The notes beneath the pieces were generated by a model. It made no database searches. It was not told where the DNA came from and saw only the letters and a list, made by a program, of their open reading frames with translations. From the IMG/VR virus record IMGVR_UViG_3300008107_000053: a DNA stretch of 64,000 nucleotides. One strand, given 5' to 3'. A program made the translations under genes and the position numbers. Below are positions 19,982 to 29,947 of this stretch, in pieces. Source of the stretch: a virus. Its lineage: Duplodnaviria > Heunggongvirae > Uroviricota > Caudoviricetes. How positions within the stretch are numbered: position 1 is the first letter of the stretch; the number at the start of each line of letters is the position of its first letter.

Positions 19982-20317
19982 ATGGCAACGATTTCTAATC
20001 TCTATATTGATCAGGGGTCTGATTTCAATGGACTTATTACGCTTACAGACCAGGAAGGGAATCCTTTGATTTTAACTGGATATACAGTAAAGTCTCAGTT
20101 TAGAAAATCATACAATTCATCTTCTTTTACAGATTTCACTGCAACTGTAAGTAATGCTAGTCAGGGAATTATAAACCTCCAGCTAACAGCTGCGCAATCT
20201 AGCGCAGTTAGAGCGGGAAGGTATTTATATGATATAGAAATCACATCATCTTCTGGAACTAAAACCAGAGCGCTAGAAGGTATAGTTATAATTACACCAG
20301 AAATAACAAGATCATGA
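19982..20317 (+). CDS. hypothetical small structural protein (111 aa)
   Basis: SD GAAGG upstream. Packed between fibre genes. Confidence 0.45.
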   Translation: MATISNLYIDQGSDFNGLITLTDQEGNPLILTGYTVKSQFRKSYNSSSFTDFTATVSNASQGIINLQLTAAQSSAVRAGRYLYDIEITSSSGTKTRALEGIVIITPEITRS

Positions 20318-20562
20318 GTAATATTACTGCTAAAGTTAGAACACAAGATTCACTTCGAGTTTCTATAACAAGCCCAAACCAGCCTACTGTTTCTTCAGTA
20401 GGTATTGGTACAAATAACATCGGATTAGACTCTAATAGTATGTCTAATGTTGATACGTCATCTTTGACTAATGGTTCCGTTCTGGTCTACAAAACAACAA
20501 CAAGTAAATGGACATCTACCACTACGCTCGATGCGCAGAATATGGAAGGTGGAGAATTTTAA
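20314..20562 (+). CDS. hypothetical small protein (82 aa)
   Basis: ATGA start/stop overlap with the upstream ORF (translational coupling). Confidence 0.4.
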   Translation: MSNITAKVRTQDSLRVSITSPNQPTVSSVGIGTNNIGLDSNSMSNVDTSSLTNGSVLVYKTTTSKWTSTTTLDAQNMEGGEF

Positions 20563-20578
20563 TCGGAGAAAATAAAAG

Positions 20579-22333
20579 ATGGCTTCTGTAATAAGAATTA
20601 AAAGATCCTCAGTAAGCGGAAATCCAAGTACGCTTGCTGCAGGCGAGTTAGCCTATTCTGCACTAACAGACAATGGCTCTAATGGAGGAGACCGACTTTA
20701 TATCGGTATTGGAACTGAAACGTCTGGTAATGCAGCAAACCACTTTGTAATCGGTGGTAAGTACTTTACTGATCTTTTAGATCACACACCAGGTGTACTA
20801 ACTGCTACATCAGCACTGCTTGTCGATAGTAATAAAAAACTAGATGAACTCTTAGTAGATAATTTGAGTTTAAATGGCAATAGTGTTACATCAACAAACA
20901 CTAATGGTGATATCAATATTACGCCAAACGGTGCAGGTAAAACTGTTATCGGTAATGCGTATATTGGAGATACCTCTACTTCTCTTGCTGAGTATATCTA
21001 CGATACCGTTGGTGGAGCAATTACTCAGGGTACTGGTATTACTATTACCAATTCTGATGCAGGTAATACTTCTACAGTTGCTATCACTAATACTACAGTA
21101 ACTGCTGGTAGTTACGGTTCTACAACACAGATTCCAACGTTCACTGTTAACGCACAAGGTCAACTAACTGCAGCAGGCACTGCTTCTGTAGCAAGCACGT
21201 TGAATATATCTGGTGACACAGGTGCTGATGCTATTGCCTTGCTTAGTGAGACCTTAGGTTTCGTTGGTGGTACTGGTATTACTTCTTCTGTAACTGCAAA
21301 TACCGTTACCTTTGATATTGATTCTACAGTTGCTACTCTGACTGACACTCAGACGTTAAGTAATAAAACTTTTGTGGCACCAGTTCTAGGTGCTGCTACT
21401 GCCACTAGCATTACTGCTACTTCTGGTAACTTGACTCTTGCTGCTGCTGCGGGAAATAATAACGTTTCTATTACACCAACTGGCACTGGTACTGTTGATG
21501 TTGCTTCTAAGAGAATCACTTCTGTTGCAGAACCTACACAACCTCAAGACGCTGCAACAAAGAACTATGTAGATACTGTTGCTGAAGGTCTGCATATTCA
21601 TGAAGCTGCTCACTGTGCAACTACTGATACTCTGGCAGTTCTTTCTGGTGGAACTGTAACATACAATAATGGTACTGCTGGTGTTGGCGCAACACTTACT
21701 CTTTCTGTTGGATTAACTGCGATTGATGGTCACACATTAACTAATGGTGATCGTATCCTTGTTAAAAACGAAGCAACACAAGCACACAATGGTATGTATG
21801 TTCGTACCAGTGCAACAGTATTGACTCGTTCTCTAGATATGGATACTGCCCTTGCAATGGCAGGTGGTGACTTTACTTTCGTTGAGAATGGTACTCTTTA
21901 TAACAGCACTGGTTGGGTTCAAACTGAAGAAGTTTTAACTGTAGGTACAGATAACGTTATCTGGCAACAGTTCTCTGGTAGTGGAACATTTACTGCTGGT
22001 AATGGTTTAACACTTTCTGGAACTGAATTTAACGTTGGTGGAACTGCTAACAGAATTAGCGTGACTGCAGATGCTGTTGATATCGCGTCAACTTATGTTG
22101 GTCAAACATCAATCACTACATTAGGTACTATTGCAACAGGTACTTGGAGTGCAACTACTATCGCTACAACTCGTGGTGGTACTGGTATAACTACATACGC
22201 TACTGGTGATTTACTATACGCATCAGCTTCTAATACTCTGTCTAAATTAACGGCAGGTGCTGATGGAACAATATTGCAAATGAACGCATCAGGAGTCCCA
22301 GTATGGGGAGACCTTGATGGCGGAACGTACTAA
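20579..22333 (+). CDS. tail fibre protein (584 aa)
   Basis: SD GGAG. N-terminal 'IKRSSVSGNPSTLAAGELAYS...DRLYIG' fibre module. C-terminal 'GGTGITTYATGDLLYASASNTLSKL...PVWG' motif is shared with the 1111-aa fibre. Confidence 0.6.
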   Translation: MASVIRIKRSSVSGNPSTLAAGELAYSALTDNGSNGGDRLYIGIGTETSGNAANHFVIGGKYFTDLLDHTPGVLTATSALLVDSNKKLDELLVDNLSLNGNSVTSTNTNGDINITPNGAGKTVIGNAYIGDTSTSLAEYIYDTVGGAITQGTGITITNSDAGNTSTVAITNTTVTAGSYGSTTQIPTFTVNAQGQLTAAGTASVASTLNISGDTGADAIALLSETLGFVGGTGITSSVTANTVTFDIDSTVATLTDTQTLSNKTFVAPVLGAATATSITATSGNLTLAAAAGNNNVSITPTGTGTVDVASKRITSVAEPTQPQDAATKNYVDTVAEGLHIHEAAHCATTDTLAVLSGGTVTYNNGTAGVGATLTLSVGLTAIDGHTLTNGDRILVKNEATQAHNGMYVRTSATVLTRSLDMDTALAMAGGDFTFVENGTLYNSTGWVQTEEVLTVGTDNVIWQQFSGSGTFTAGNGLTLSGTEFNVGGTANRISVTADAVDIASTYVGQTSITTLGTIATGTWSATTIATTRGGTGITTYATGDLLYASASNTLSKLTAGADGTILQMNASGVPVWGDLDGGTY

Positions 22334-22348
22334 ATAGTATAGAGTAAC

Positions 22349-22375
22349 AGGGGAGTTTTTACTCCCCTCTTTTTT
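22349..22375 (+). terminator. intrinsic terminator after fibre gene
   Basis: GGGGAGT-TTTT-ACTCCCC hairpin followed by TCTTTTTT. Confidence 0.7.
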
Positions 22376-22394
22376 CCTTTCTTAAGGGTGCTAA

Positions 22395-22589
22395 ATGGCA
22401 AACAAAATCATATTAAAGAAATCCTCTGTCGGAGGAAAAGTCCCACTTGCTGGCGATCTGGTCTATGGCGAACTCGCCTTAAATTATGAAGACGAAAAAC
22501 TTTATTTTAAGAATTCGTCAAATTCGGTCAAACAAATACCTTCTACTGATACAGTTTGGACTAGAACATTTTTACTAATGGGAGCATAA
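22395..22589 (+). CDS. stand-alone fibre N-terminal module (64 aa)
   Basis: 'MANKIILKKSSVGGKVPLAGDLVYGELALNYEDEKLYFKNS' parallels the N-terminus of the 584-aa fibre (IKRSSVSGNPSTLAAGELAYS...DRLYIG). The ORF is only 64 aa. Confidence 0.35.
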   Translation: MANKIILKKSSVGGKVPLAGDLVYGELALNYEDEKLYFKNSSNSVKQIPSTDTVWTRTFLLMGA

Positions 22590-22590
22590 C

Positions 22591-22923
22591 ATGGCAGCAG
22601 ATGGATTAAAAGTATTGGGGCAGTTAGCACCCGCAGCAACTACAGATACAACTTTGTACACTGTACCCGCATCAACAAAAACTACAGTTTCTACATTAAC
22701 TGTTTGCAACAGAACTGCAACGGCAACATCATTTAGAGTTAGCGTGCGACCTGCTGGCGCGACTCTGGCAAATCAGCACTACATATACTACGACCAAGCA
22801 ATTGATGGCAACAGTACATTCGCATCAACAATAGGTATGACATTAGCTGCTACTGACGTTATCACAGTATATGCAGCTAATGCAAATTTATCATTCACAG
22901 CATTCGGCGTAGAGGTAGCATAA
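22591..22923 (+). CDS. hypothetical structural protein (110 aa)
   Basis: Starts 2 nt after the upstream stop. Ends 2 nt before the giant ORF. Confidence 0.4.
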   Translation: MAADGLKVLGQLAPAATTDTTLYTVPASTKTTVSTLTVCNRTATATSFRVSVRPAGATLANQHYIYYDQAIDGNSTFASTIGMTLAATDVITVYAANANLSFTAFGVEVA

Positions 22924-22924
22924 T

Positions 22925-25900
22925 ATGGCACAAGGTTCTTCAAACCCAACAACAGACATTAAAAAGGTTGCTGGCACAGCAGTCGATACAAACACAGGTA
23001 ATGCTTCTGCAGGAACGCAACGTGTAGTTCTTGCATCTAACCAACCAGTTATTCCTGTTTCAGATAATGGTGGTTCAATCACAGTTGATGGTACTTTCTG
23101 GCAAGCAACACAACCAGTATCTGGTCCACTAACAGACACTCAATTACGAGCTAGTGCAGTTCCTGTTTCTATTGCATCTGTTCCATCACATGCAGTTACA
23201 AACGCTGGTACATTTGCAGTTCAAGTAGATGGTGCTGCATTAACAGCATTACAACTTCTTGATAATGCTGTTGCAACAGACGGTTCAGCAGCTGTAACTG
23301 GCATGTTCCAGGTTGGTGGTACTGATGGTACAAACGCTCAGATTTTATCTACAAACACATCTGGTCATGTAAACATTGCAGATGGCGGCAACTCTATTAC
23401 TGTCGACGGTACACTTGCATCAACCCAGTCTGGAACATGGACAGTTCAACCAGGCAATACTGCCAACACTACTCCATGGTTAGTTAAGCCAGCAGAATCT
23501 CTTGGCACTGCTACTGCTCTTGGTGCTCTTAACGCAGAAATCGTACAAGCACTAAACGGAAATCTCGGAGCAGGTGCTACCATTACCGCTACCGCAACAC
23601 CTGTTGGGGTAACGTTAACACCATATGCGTCTTACGATGGTGGAACTAACTGGACAGTAACTCAATTCTTTAATTCTGTTAATGGCGACGTCGTACCTAC
23701 TTTAACATCATTTACTGTAGGCGAAGCATATTCGTTGTCTGCTGGTGATGGCGCAACACACGTTAAAGTCAGAGCCACAGGTTGGACTAGTGGTAGTGTT
23801 ACTGTTAGATTATCTGCAAGTAACTCTCAAGGCTTAGTCAACTTAAAGGCGACTGCAACTCATGACGACCCAGTTGGTTCATTCATTATTCAAAATGGTG
23901 CTTACGCTTCATCCACTGCTCCATCTGCTGTTGCAAACGGTGATGACGGTGGAAACAGTATCACTGTTGATGGTACTGTTACTGCTAATGCTGGTACTGG
24001 TAACTTTACAGTTACGCAAGCTACAGCTGCCAACTTGAATGCTACTGTTACAGGTACCGTTGAACTTGGAGCTACTTCTCTAGCTGCTTTGGAAAACATT
24101 AGCGTAACAGTTCCAGGTACAGTTGATCTTGGTACAGTTTCATTAACAGCACTAGAAACAATAACTGTTACATCAGGCACTCCTAATAACTTTCAAAGTA
24201 AAGCATATGGTGCCGTAACCACAGCTGCACCAGCATATACAAATGCTACAGATAATGCATTGAGCTTAACTACCAGTGGTTCATTACGCACTGCAGTTTC
24301 TGAAGCATTACCTGCAGGTACCAATAATATCGGTGACGTTGATGTATTATCTGTAATTCCTGGAACTGGCGCTACAAACTTAGGTAAAGCAGTTGACAGT
24401 GCATCAGCTGCAACTGATACAGGTGTTGCTAGTTTAGCAATAAGAACAGATACTTTAGCAACAATAACTCCTGCTGTTAGTGATTACACACAATTGAGAG
24501 TTAACTCAGTTGGCAGACTTTGGGCATCTGCAACAATTGATGCTGCACTACCAGCTGGTACGAATGCTATTGGTTCTATTACTAATACGTCATTTGCAGC
24601 AACACAATCTGGAACTTGGACAGTACAGCCTGGAAATACGCAAAATACTACGCCATGGCTTGTAACTTCTGGCGCAACATTGGGTACGCCATTTATCTCC
24701 TCAATTGCACAGGGTGCTACTGCTGGAACTGTTCCATCTGGTTTGTATTACTTTAGAGTAGTCGCTGTAGATGCTTTTGGTGGTACCACTCTACCAAGTT
24801 CAGAATCAAGTGTGACTGTCACTGGTCCTACTTCAATCAACTTGCAAGTACAAGCGACCAATATTCCTGGTATAGACCATTATAGAGCATACTTTACCAC
24901 AACTTCTGGTAACTATACTAGTGGTAATTACATTAGGTTTGAATCATACTATACTACAATCACTTCTTTGAGTGGTACAGCAAGTGCGACTCTACCCACT
25001 GCAAACACAACTTATGACAGCAGAAATAAAGAATTAGCTTCATCCAACGATCCGAATAATAGCACTGTTATTAACCTTGCTGGCAATGCGGTATTTACAG
25101 GTAATACTACTGATATTTCAGAATTTTCTCAGATTTCTTTATCGGTATATTCATCCCATGCATCAGCGACTGATGGTCTTTCTTATCAATTCTCTCAAGA
25201 TGGTACTAATTGGGATCAGGTAAATACAGCAAGCGTATTAGCTACAACTGAGCTATCGATCATTCTTGCTAGTAGACTTCGTTATTTTAGACTCGTTTAT
25301 ACTAACGGTGCTACCACTACTACAACATTAAGAATACAAACTCGTCTATGGAGAACCAGTTCTCCATCTACTATTAAAGAGTTAGCATTAGCAACAAAAG
25401 AGCAAGATTTAGTAACACAGACTCGTTCTGTATTGACTGGAAGAAACGTACCAGCTGGAACTACATTTAATGATGTAGTTGTCAAACCTGCTTCTACTGC
25501 CGCTGCCGCAACTGATACTGCCTTAGTTGTTGCAGTTAGAGATTCAGTACCTGTTACTGGAACCTTTTACCAAGCAACACAACCAGTATCATTAGCTTCT
25601 GTTCCATCTCACCCAGTAACGAATGCTGGCACTTTTGCAGTTCAAGTAACATCGGCTCCAACTACTGCAGTAACTGGCACTTTCTGGCAAGCAACACAAC
25701 CAGTATCTGGTACAGTTACAGTAAATCCACTCCCAACTGGAACGAATTCAATTGGTAAACTTGCTGCTAACTCTGGTGTCGATATTGGTGACGTTGATGT
25801 TTTATCAATCGTACCTGGAACTGCTGCAACCAACTTAGGTAAAGCAGTAGACGGTGTTGCTGGTGCTACAGACACTGGTGTTATGGCACTTGCAGTTAGA

Positions 25901-28900
25901 GATGATGCTTTAGCTACATTAACACCAATAGATGGCGACTATACGCAACTAAGAGTTACTTCTCAAGGTAGATTGTGGGCATCGGCAACGATTGATGCTG
26001 CGCTACCAGCTGGTACAAATGCTATCGGTTCTATCACTAATACTACTTTCTCTGTTACTAATGCGGTTGCTACTAACTTAAAGGTGGAAGCTCAACAAGT
26101 ACAAGGTTCTGCAGCCACTCGTTGGTATACACAGATATCCGATGGTACCAATAGTCCAGCTATTAAAGCAGCATCTACTGCAGCAGCTACTGCTGATCCT
26201 GCGATGGTTGTATCTTTCGCTGCTGCTAACTCTGCTACTAAGATTAGCGATGGTACTACCACTGCTACAGTTAAAACTGCTATCACCGAACCAGCGTTTG
26301 GTCTTGATACTGCACTTACTGTACAGACTCGTGATCCAGTTCGTATTCGTCCTTCAGAAACTTATCGTGACCCAGTTGATAAGATGCGTGTTTCTATGGG
26401 TCAGTCTCTTATCGATACTGACTTTGAATATGGTATTCAGCCAACTAAGTGGGAGAGTTTGACACTACTAAACAATAGAGCTACAGCTTTCTACGATGTA
26501 ACTCAAGTTGTTCCTGGTGTTATCAATACCACAACAGTTAGTGTTGGTAATATAACAGCATCTGGTAAAACTGTTACAGTTACTGGTAATAACTTCAATG
26601 GCGCATTCGTTGTTGGTCAGCCGTTTTTTATAACTGGCACTTTAGATACTGCCAACGCAGATGGTTGGTGGATTGTTGATTCTGTAGTTTCCAATACACT
26701 GACTTTCTTAGTTAATAATGCCCCAGCAGCTAGTCTTTATGACGCTACTAAAACTTACATATATCCAGGCACATTCTTTACTGGTTCCAGTATAGCTCTT
26801 CCTTCTAATACTACAATTGCAGCTACAGTTGCTACTGCTGACACTGTAGGTAACTTTACTTGTGGTGCTACAGCAACTCTTGCAGTTGGTAATCCAGTTT
26901 ATGTAACTGGCACTAACTCTGGTACTGGTTCTATCTCTGGTTATGCTTCAGGTAACGTTTATTATATTATTGCAACTAACGGTTCTACTACATTCCAACT
27001 ATCTGCAACTCCAGGTGGTGCAGGAGTAACAACTGTTGCTGGTTCATTAACTGGTTTATCATTCTCTATGAATGCTATTACTGTAACTGGTACTACTGTT
27101 ATAGTTAGAACTTTAGCAGACCATGGATTGCGTGTTAACAATGGCATTTATATGAAAGGCACTACTGGTGTCACTGGCGGACCAGTTAATGGTACTTGGA
27201 ATATTGCCACAACACCATTAAATAACGTATTTACTTATACTACTAATGCAACTGCAACTGGTGCGATTACTGCTTCAGCTGGTGTAAGCGCAACTCTATA
27301 TCCTCGTCAACCTGGATATATTGAACATCGTCCATATGATGGTGGTGTTCAATTCTCTAACGAAACTGCGTATCATGGATATTCTGATATCCGTCAAACA
27401 CGTCGTTACTTCCGTTATCAATCTGGTAAAGGTATTCAGTTCTCAACTGGTACTATCATGAAGCCACCATTCTATGTCGATCAGTTGACATCTTCTGGCA
27501 CTACTGTCACTGTTACTACTAAGTATCCTCATGGATTATTAGTTGGTTCAACTGTAATTGTTTCTGGGGCTACTCCAGCAGCATATAATGGAACTTTTAC
27601 AGTCACTGCTTCTACACCATTAACTATCACTTACACAGCAGGTTCTGCACCTGGAACTTCTCCTGCCACTGGATTCCCTATTAACGTTAGCCCTGGAACA
27701 TGGTACGGTGGTTCTAACCGTGTTGGTATGTTTGACCAACAGAATGGATTCTTCTTTGAATTTGATGGACAGACACTATATGCTGTAATTAGAAAGTCAA
27801 CAGATCAAATTTCTGGTAAGGTTGGTGTTACTTTAGGTAGTCAAACTGTCACTGGAACTAATACGTTCTTTGCAAGTCAATTAAAACCTGGCGATCAAGT
27901 TGTTATCCGTGGTATGGCTTATCTTGTTCAAAACATTCAAAGCAATACATCTATGACAGTATATCCAGAATATCGTGGTGTTACTACTTCTAATTGCATA
28001 TGTACTAAAACAGTTGAGATTAGAACTTCACAATCTGGGTGGAACATTGATACTGTCAACAGCGGAACACGTTCTTTAACTAACCCAAATGGTTTCCAAT
28101 TAGACTTGACTAAAATGCAGATGTTCTATGCTGATTATAGCTGGTATGGTGCTGGTGCTGTTCGTTTTGGTTTCAAAGATCAACGTGGTGAAGTTATTTT
28201 CTGTCATCGTGTTGTTAATAGTAACGTTAACTACGAAGCATATATGCGCTCTGGTAACTTACCAGCAAGATATGAAACAAATACTCTTCCTGCAAGAACT
28301 CACTTGACAGCAACATTAGCTGCAGCAACTACTACTGGTGGCACTATTACTGTTGATGCAACAACATTATTCCCATCAAGCGGTACTGTAATCCTAACGC
28401 AATCTACAGCAACAGGTGCATACTCTGAATATATCACATACTCAGCTAAAACTGCTACCACTTTCACTATCACTGCTCGTGCACAAACTGGTGGTGTTGG
28501 TACTGCGCAAACCTTTACTTATAGTGCAACTGCTCCTATTAAAGTTGAACTATATGCCCCACAAGCTGCTCAAACTCTAAGTCACTGGGGTTCTTCTGTT
28601 ATTATGGATGGTGGATACGATGACGATAAATCTCTGGTGTTTAACACTGGTATGACTACACCTATGGTAACAGCCACAGCAGGAACTCGTTATCCACTAA
28701 TGAGTTTACGTTTAGCTCCTACTGTAGACAATGGTATAACTGGTCTACTTGGCGCTCGTGAAATTATTAACCGCATGCAATTAGCTTTAAGATCTATCGG
28801 TACTTATACAACTAACGTAGCGTTCCGTATTGAAATTTTACTTAACGCTCGTGTTAGCGGTGGAACATTTGCTCCTGTTGGTGGTTCTAGTTTATCACAG

Positions 28901-29176
28901 ATCTGTTATCATACAAATACACAGACGGTGGCTGGCGGTGAGTCAATGTTTGCGTTTTATGCAACTGCAAACGACACCAACTCTATGGACTTAGAACAGG
29001 TTCGAGATCTAGGTACTTCTATTCTTGGCGGTGGTACTACTCTATCATTCCCTACTGGAAATAATGAGAAGTATCCAGATGGTCCAGATATTGTTACCGT
29101 TATTGCTATTCCACTAACATCAAACGCATCATCAAGTATTGTGGCTAGATTGAACTGGACAGAAGCTCAAGCGTAA
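22925..29176 (+). CDS. giant structural protein (2083 aa) with internal ~100-aa duplications, fibre/baseplate-associated
   Basis: 6.2-kb ORF. Repeated 'F(W/Y)QATQPVS...SVPSH.VTNAGTFAVQV' and 'GDVDVLS(V/I)(I/V)PGT.ATNLGKAVD...YTQLRV.S.GRLWASATIDAALPAGTNAIGSITNT' segments. Also carries a 'GTNSGTGSISGY...YYII...TTFQLSATPGG' module shared with the 1111-aa fibre. Confidence 0.6.
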   Translation: MAQGSSNPTTDIKKVAGTAVDTNTGNASAGTQRVVLASNQPVIPVSDNGGSITVDGTFWQATQPVSGPLTDTQLRASAVPVSIASVPSHAVTNAGTFAVQVDGAALTALQLLDNAVATDGSAAVTGMFQVGGTDGTNAQILSTNTSGHVNIADGGNSITVDGTLASTQSGTWTVQPGNTANTTPWLVKPAESLGTATALGALNAEIVQALNGNLGAGATITATATPVGVTLTPYASYDGGTNWTVTQFFNSVNGDVVPTLTSFTVGEAYSLSAGDGATHVKVRATGWTSGSVTVRLSASNSQGLVNLKATATHDDPVGSFIIQNGAYASSTAPSAVANGDDGGNSITVDGTVTANAGTGNFTVTQATAANLNATVTGTVELGATSLAALENISVTVPGTVDLGTVSLTALETITVTSGTPNNFQSKAYGAVTTAAPAYTNATDNALSLTTSGSLRTAVSEALPAGTNNIGDVDVLSVIPGTGATNLGKAVDSASAATDTGVASLAIRTDTLATITPAVSDYTQLRVNSVGRLWASATIDAALPAGTNAIGSITNTSFAATQSGTWTVQPGNTQNTTPWLVTSGATLGTPFISSIAQGATAGTVPSGLYYFRVVAVDAFGGTTLPSSESSVTVTGPTSINLQVQATNIPGIDHYRAYFTTTSGNYTSGNYIRFESYYTTITSLSGTASATLPTANTTYDSRNKELASSNDPNNSTVINLAGNAVFTGNTTDISEFSQISLSVYSSHASATDGLSYQFSQDGTNWDQVNTASVLATTELSIILASRLRYFRLVYTNGATTTTTLRIQTRLWRTSSPSTIKELALATKEQDLVTQTRSVLTGRNVPAGTTFNDVVVKPASTAAAATDTALVVAVRDSVPVTGTFYQATQPVSLASVPSHPVTNAGTFAVQVTSAPTTAVTGTFWQATQPVSGTVTVNPLPTGTNSIGKLAANSGVDIGDVDVLSIVPGTAATNLGKAVDGVAGATDTGVMALAVRDDALATLTPIDGDYTQLRVTSQGRLWASATIDAALPAGTNAIGSITNTTFSVTNAVATNLKVEAQQVQGSAATRWYTQISDGTNSPAIKAASTAAATADPAMVVSFAAANSATKISDGTTTATVKTAITEPAFGLDTALTVQTRDPVRIRPSETYRDPVDKMRVSMGQSLIDTDFEYGIQPTKWESLTLLNNRATAFYDVTQVVPGVINTTTVSVGNITASGKTVTVTGNNFNGAFVVGQPFFITGTLDTANADGWWIVDSVVSNTLTFLVNNAPAASLYDATKTYIYPGTFFTGSSIALPSNTTIAATVATADTVGNFTCGATATLAVGNPVYVTGTNSGTGSISGYASGNVYYIIATNGSTTFQLSATPGGAGVTTVAGSLTGLSFSMNAITVTGTTVIVRTLADHGLRVNNGIYMKGTTGVTGGPVNGTWNIATTPLNNVFTYTTNATATGAITASAGVSATLYPRQPGYIEHRPYDGGVQFSNETAYHGYSDIRQTRRYFRYQSGKGIQFSTGTIMKPPFYVDQLTSSGTTVTVTTKYPHGLLVGSTVIVSGATPAAYNGTFTVTASTPLTITYTAGSAPGTSPATGFPINVSPGTWYGGSNRVGMFDQQNGFFFEFDGQTLYAVIRKSTDQISGKVGVTLGSQTVTGTNTFFASQLKPGDQVVIRGMAYLVQNIQSNTSMTVYPEYRGVTTSNCICTKTVEIRTSQSGWNIDTVNSGTRSLTNPNGFQLDLTKMQMFYADYSWYGAGAVRFGFKDQRGEVIFCHRVVNSNVNYEAYMRSGNLPARYETNTLPARTHLTATLAAATTTGGTITVDATTLFPSSGTVILTQSTATGAYSEYITYSAKTATTFTITARAQTGGVGTAQTFTYSATAPIKVELYAPQAAQTLSHWGSSVIMDGGYDDDKSLVFNTGMTTPMVTATAGTRYPLMSLRLAPTVDNGITGLLGAREIINRMQLALRSIGTYTTNVAFRIEILLNARVSGGTFAPVGGSSLSQICYHTNTQTVAGGESMFAFYATANDTNSMDLEQVRDLGTSILGGGTTLSFPTGNNEKYPDGPDIVTVIAIPLTSNASSSIVARLNWTEAQA

Positions 29177-29208
29177 CTAAATATAATAAGAGAATATAAA
29201 GGTCTACC

Positions 29209-29946
29209 ATGCCAGTAACCAGTAAAGAACAGTTAAAAGAATATTGCTTGCGAGCACTGGGAGCACCAGTGCTTGAAATAAACGTCGATGAAGATCAGTT
29301 AGAAGATCGTATCGAAGAAGCATTAGAGTACTGGAGACAATATCACCCAGATGGTGTTGAAAAGGTTTACCTAAAACACCAAGTAACTGCTCAAAACATA
29401 GCAAACAAGTACATAGAATTCCCAGATTTGGTGTATGGAATCACGCGAGTTATTCCATACAATCAAGGGTCTTCTTCTAAAAATCTATTTGATCTTCAAT
29501 ATCAACTTAGACTAAATGACTTGTATGATCTAACATCAACTTCGCTGATTTATTATAAAACTGTTATGAGTCATCTGGCTTTGCTAGATCTAGAACTGAA
29601 TGGACAGACATTGTTTAGATTTAACCGCAGACAAAATAGGTTATATCTTGACATCAACTGGGAAAGCGATATTGTTGAAAACGAATTCATAGTTGTTGAA
29701 GCGTATCGCGCACTTGATCCAGTAGAGTACAGCAAAGTTTGGAACGAATCTTGGCTAAAACACTATGTAACAGCACTGTTTAAAAAGCAGTGGGCAGTCA
29801 ACATTAAAAAGTTTCAGGGCTTACAACTTCCTGGTGGCGTAACTTTAGATGGTAATGGTTTGTACGACGAAGCCACTAAAGAAATTGACGACTTAGAAAA
29901 TGACCTAATGACAAAGTCTGCACCTTTGGATTTCTTCTTAGGATAA
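29209..29946 (+). CDS. gp13: neck protein gp13 homolog
   Basis: 'LKEYCLRALGAPVLEINVDEDQLEDRIEEALEYWRQYHPDG' aligns with T4 gp13 '[41 protein letters not shown]'. The C-terminal 'QGLQLPGGVTLDGNGL' matches T4 'QGMMLPGGVTIDGQRL'. Confidence 0.8.
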   Translation: MPVTSKEQLKEYCLRALGAPVLEINVDEDQLEDRIEEALEYWRQYHPDGVEKVYLKHQVTAQNIANKYIEFPDLVYGITRVIPYNQGSSSKNLFDLQYQLRLNDLYDLTSTSLIYYKTVMSHLALLDLELNGQTLFRFNRRQNRLYLDINWESDIVENEFIVVEAYRALDPVEYSKVWNESWLKHYVTALFKKQWAVNIKKFQGLQLPGGVTLDGNGLYDEATKEIDDLENDLMTKSAPLDFFLG

Positions 29947-29947
29947 T

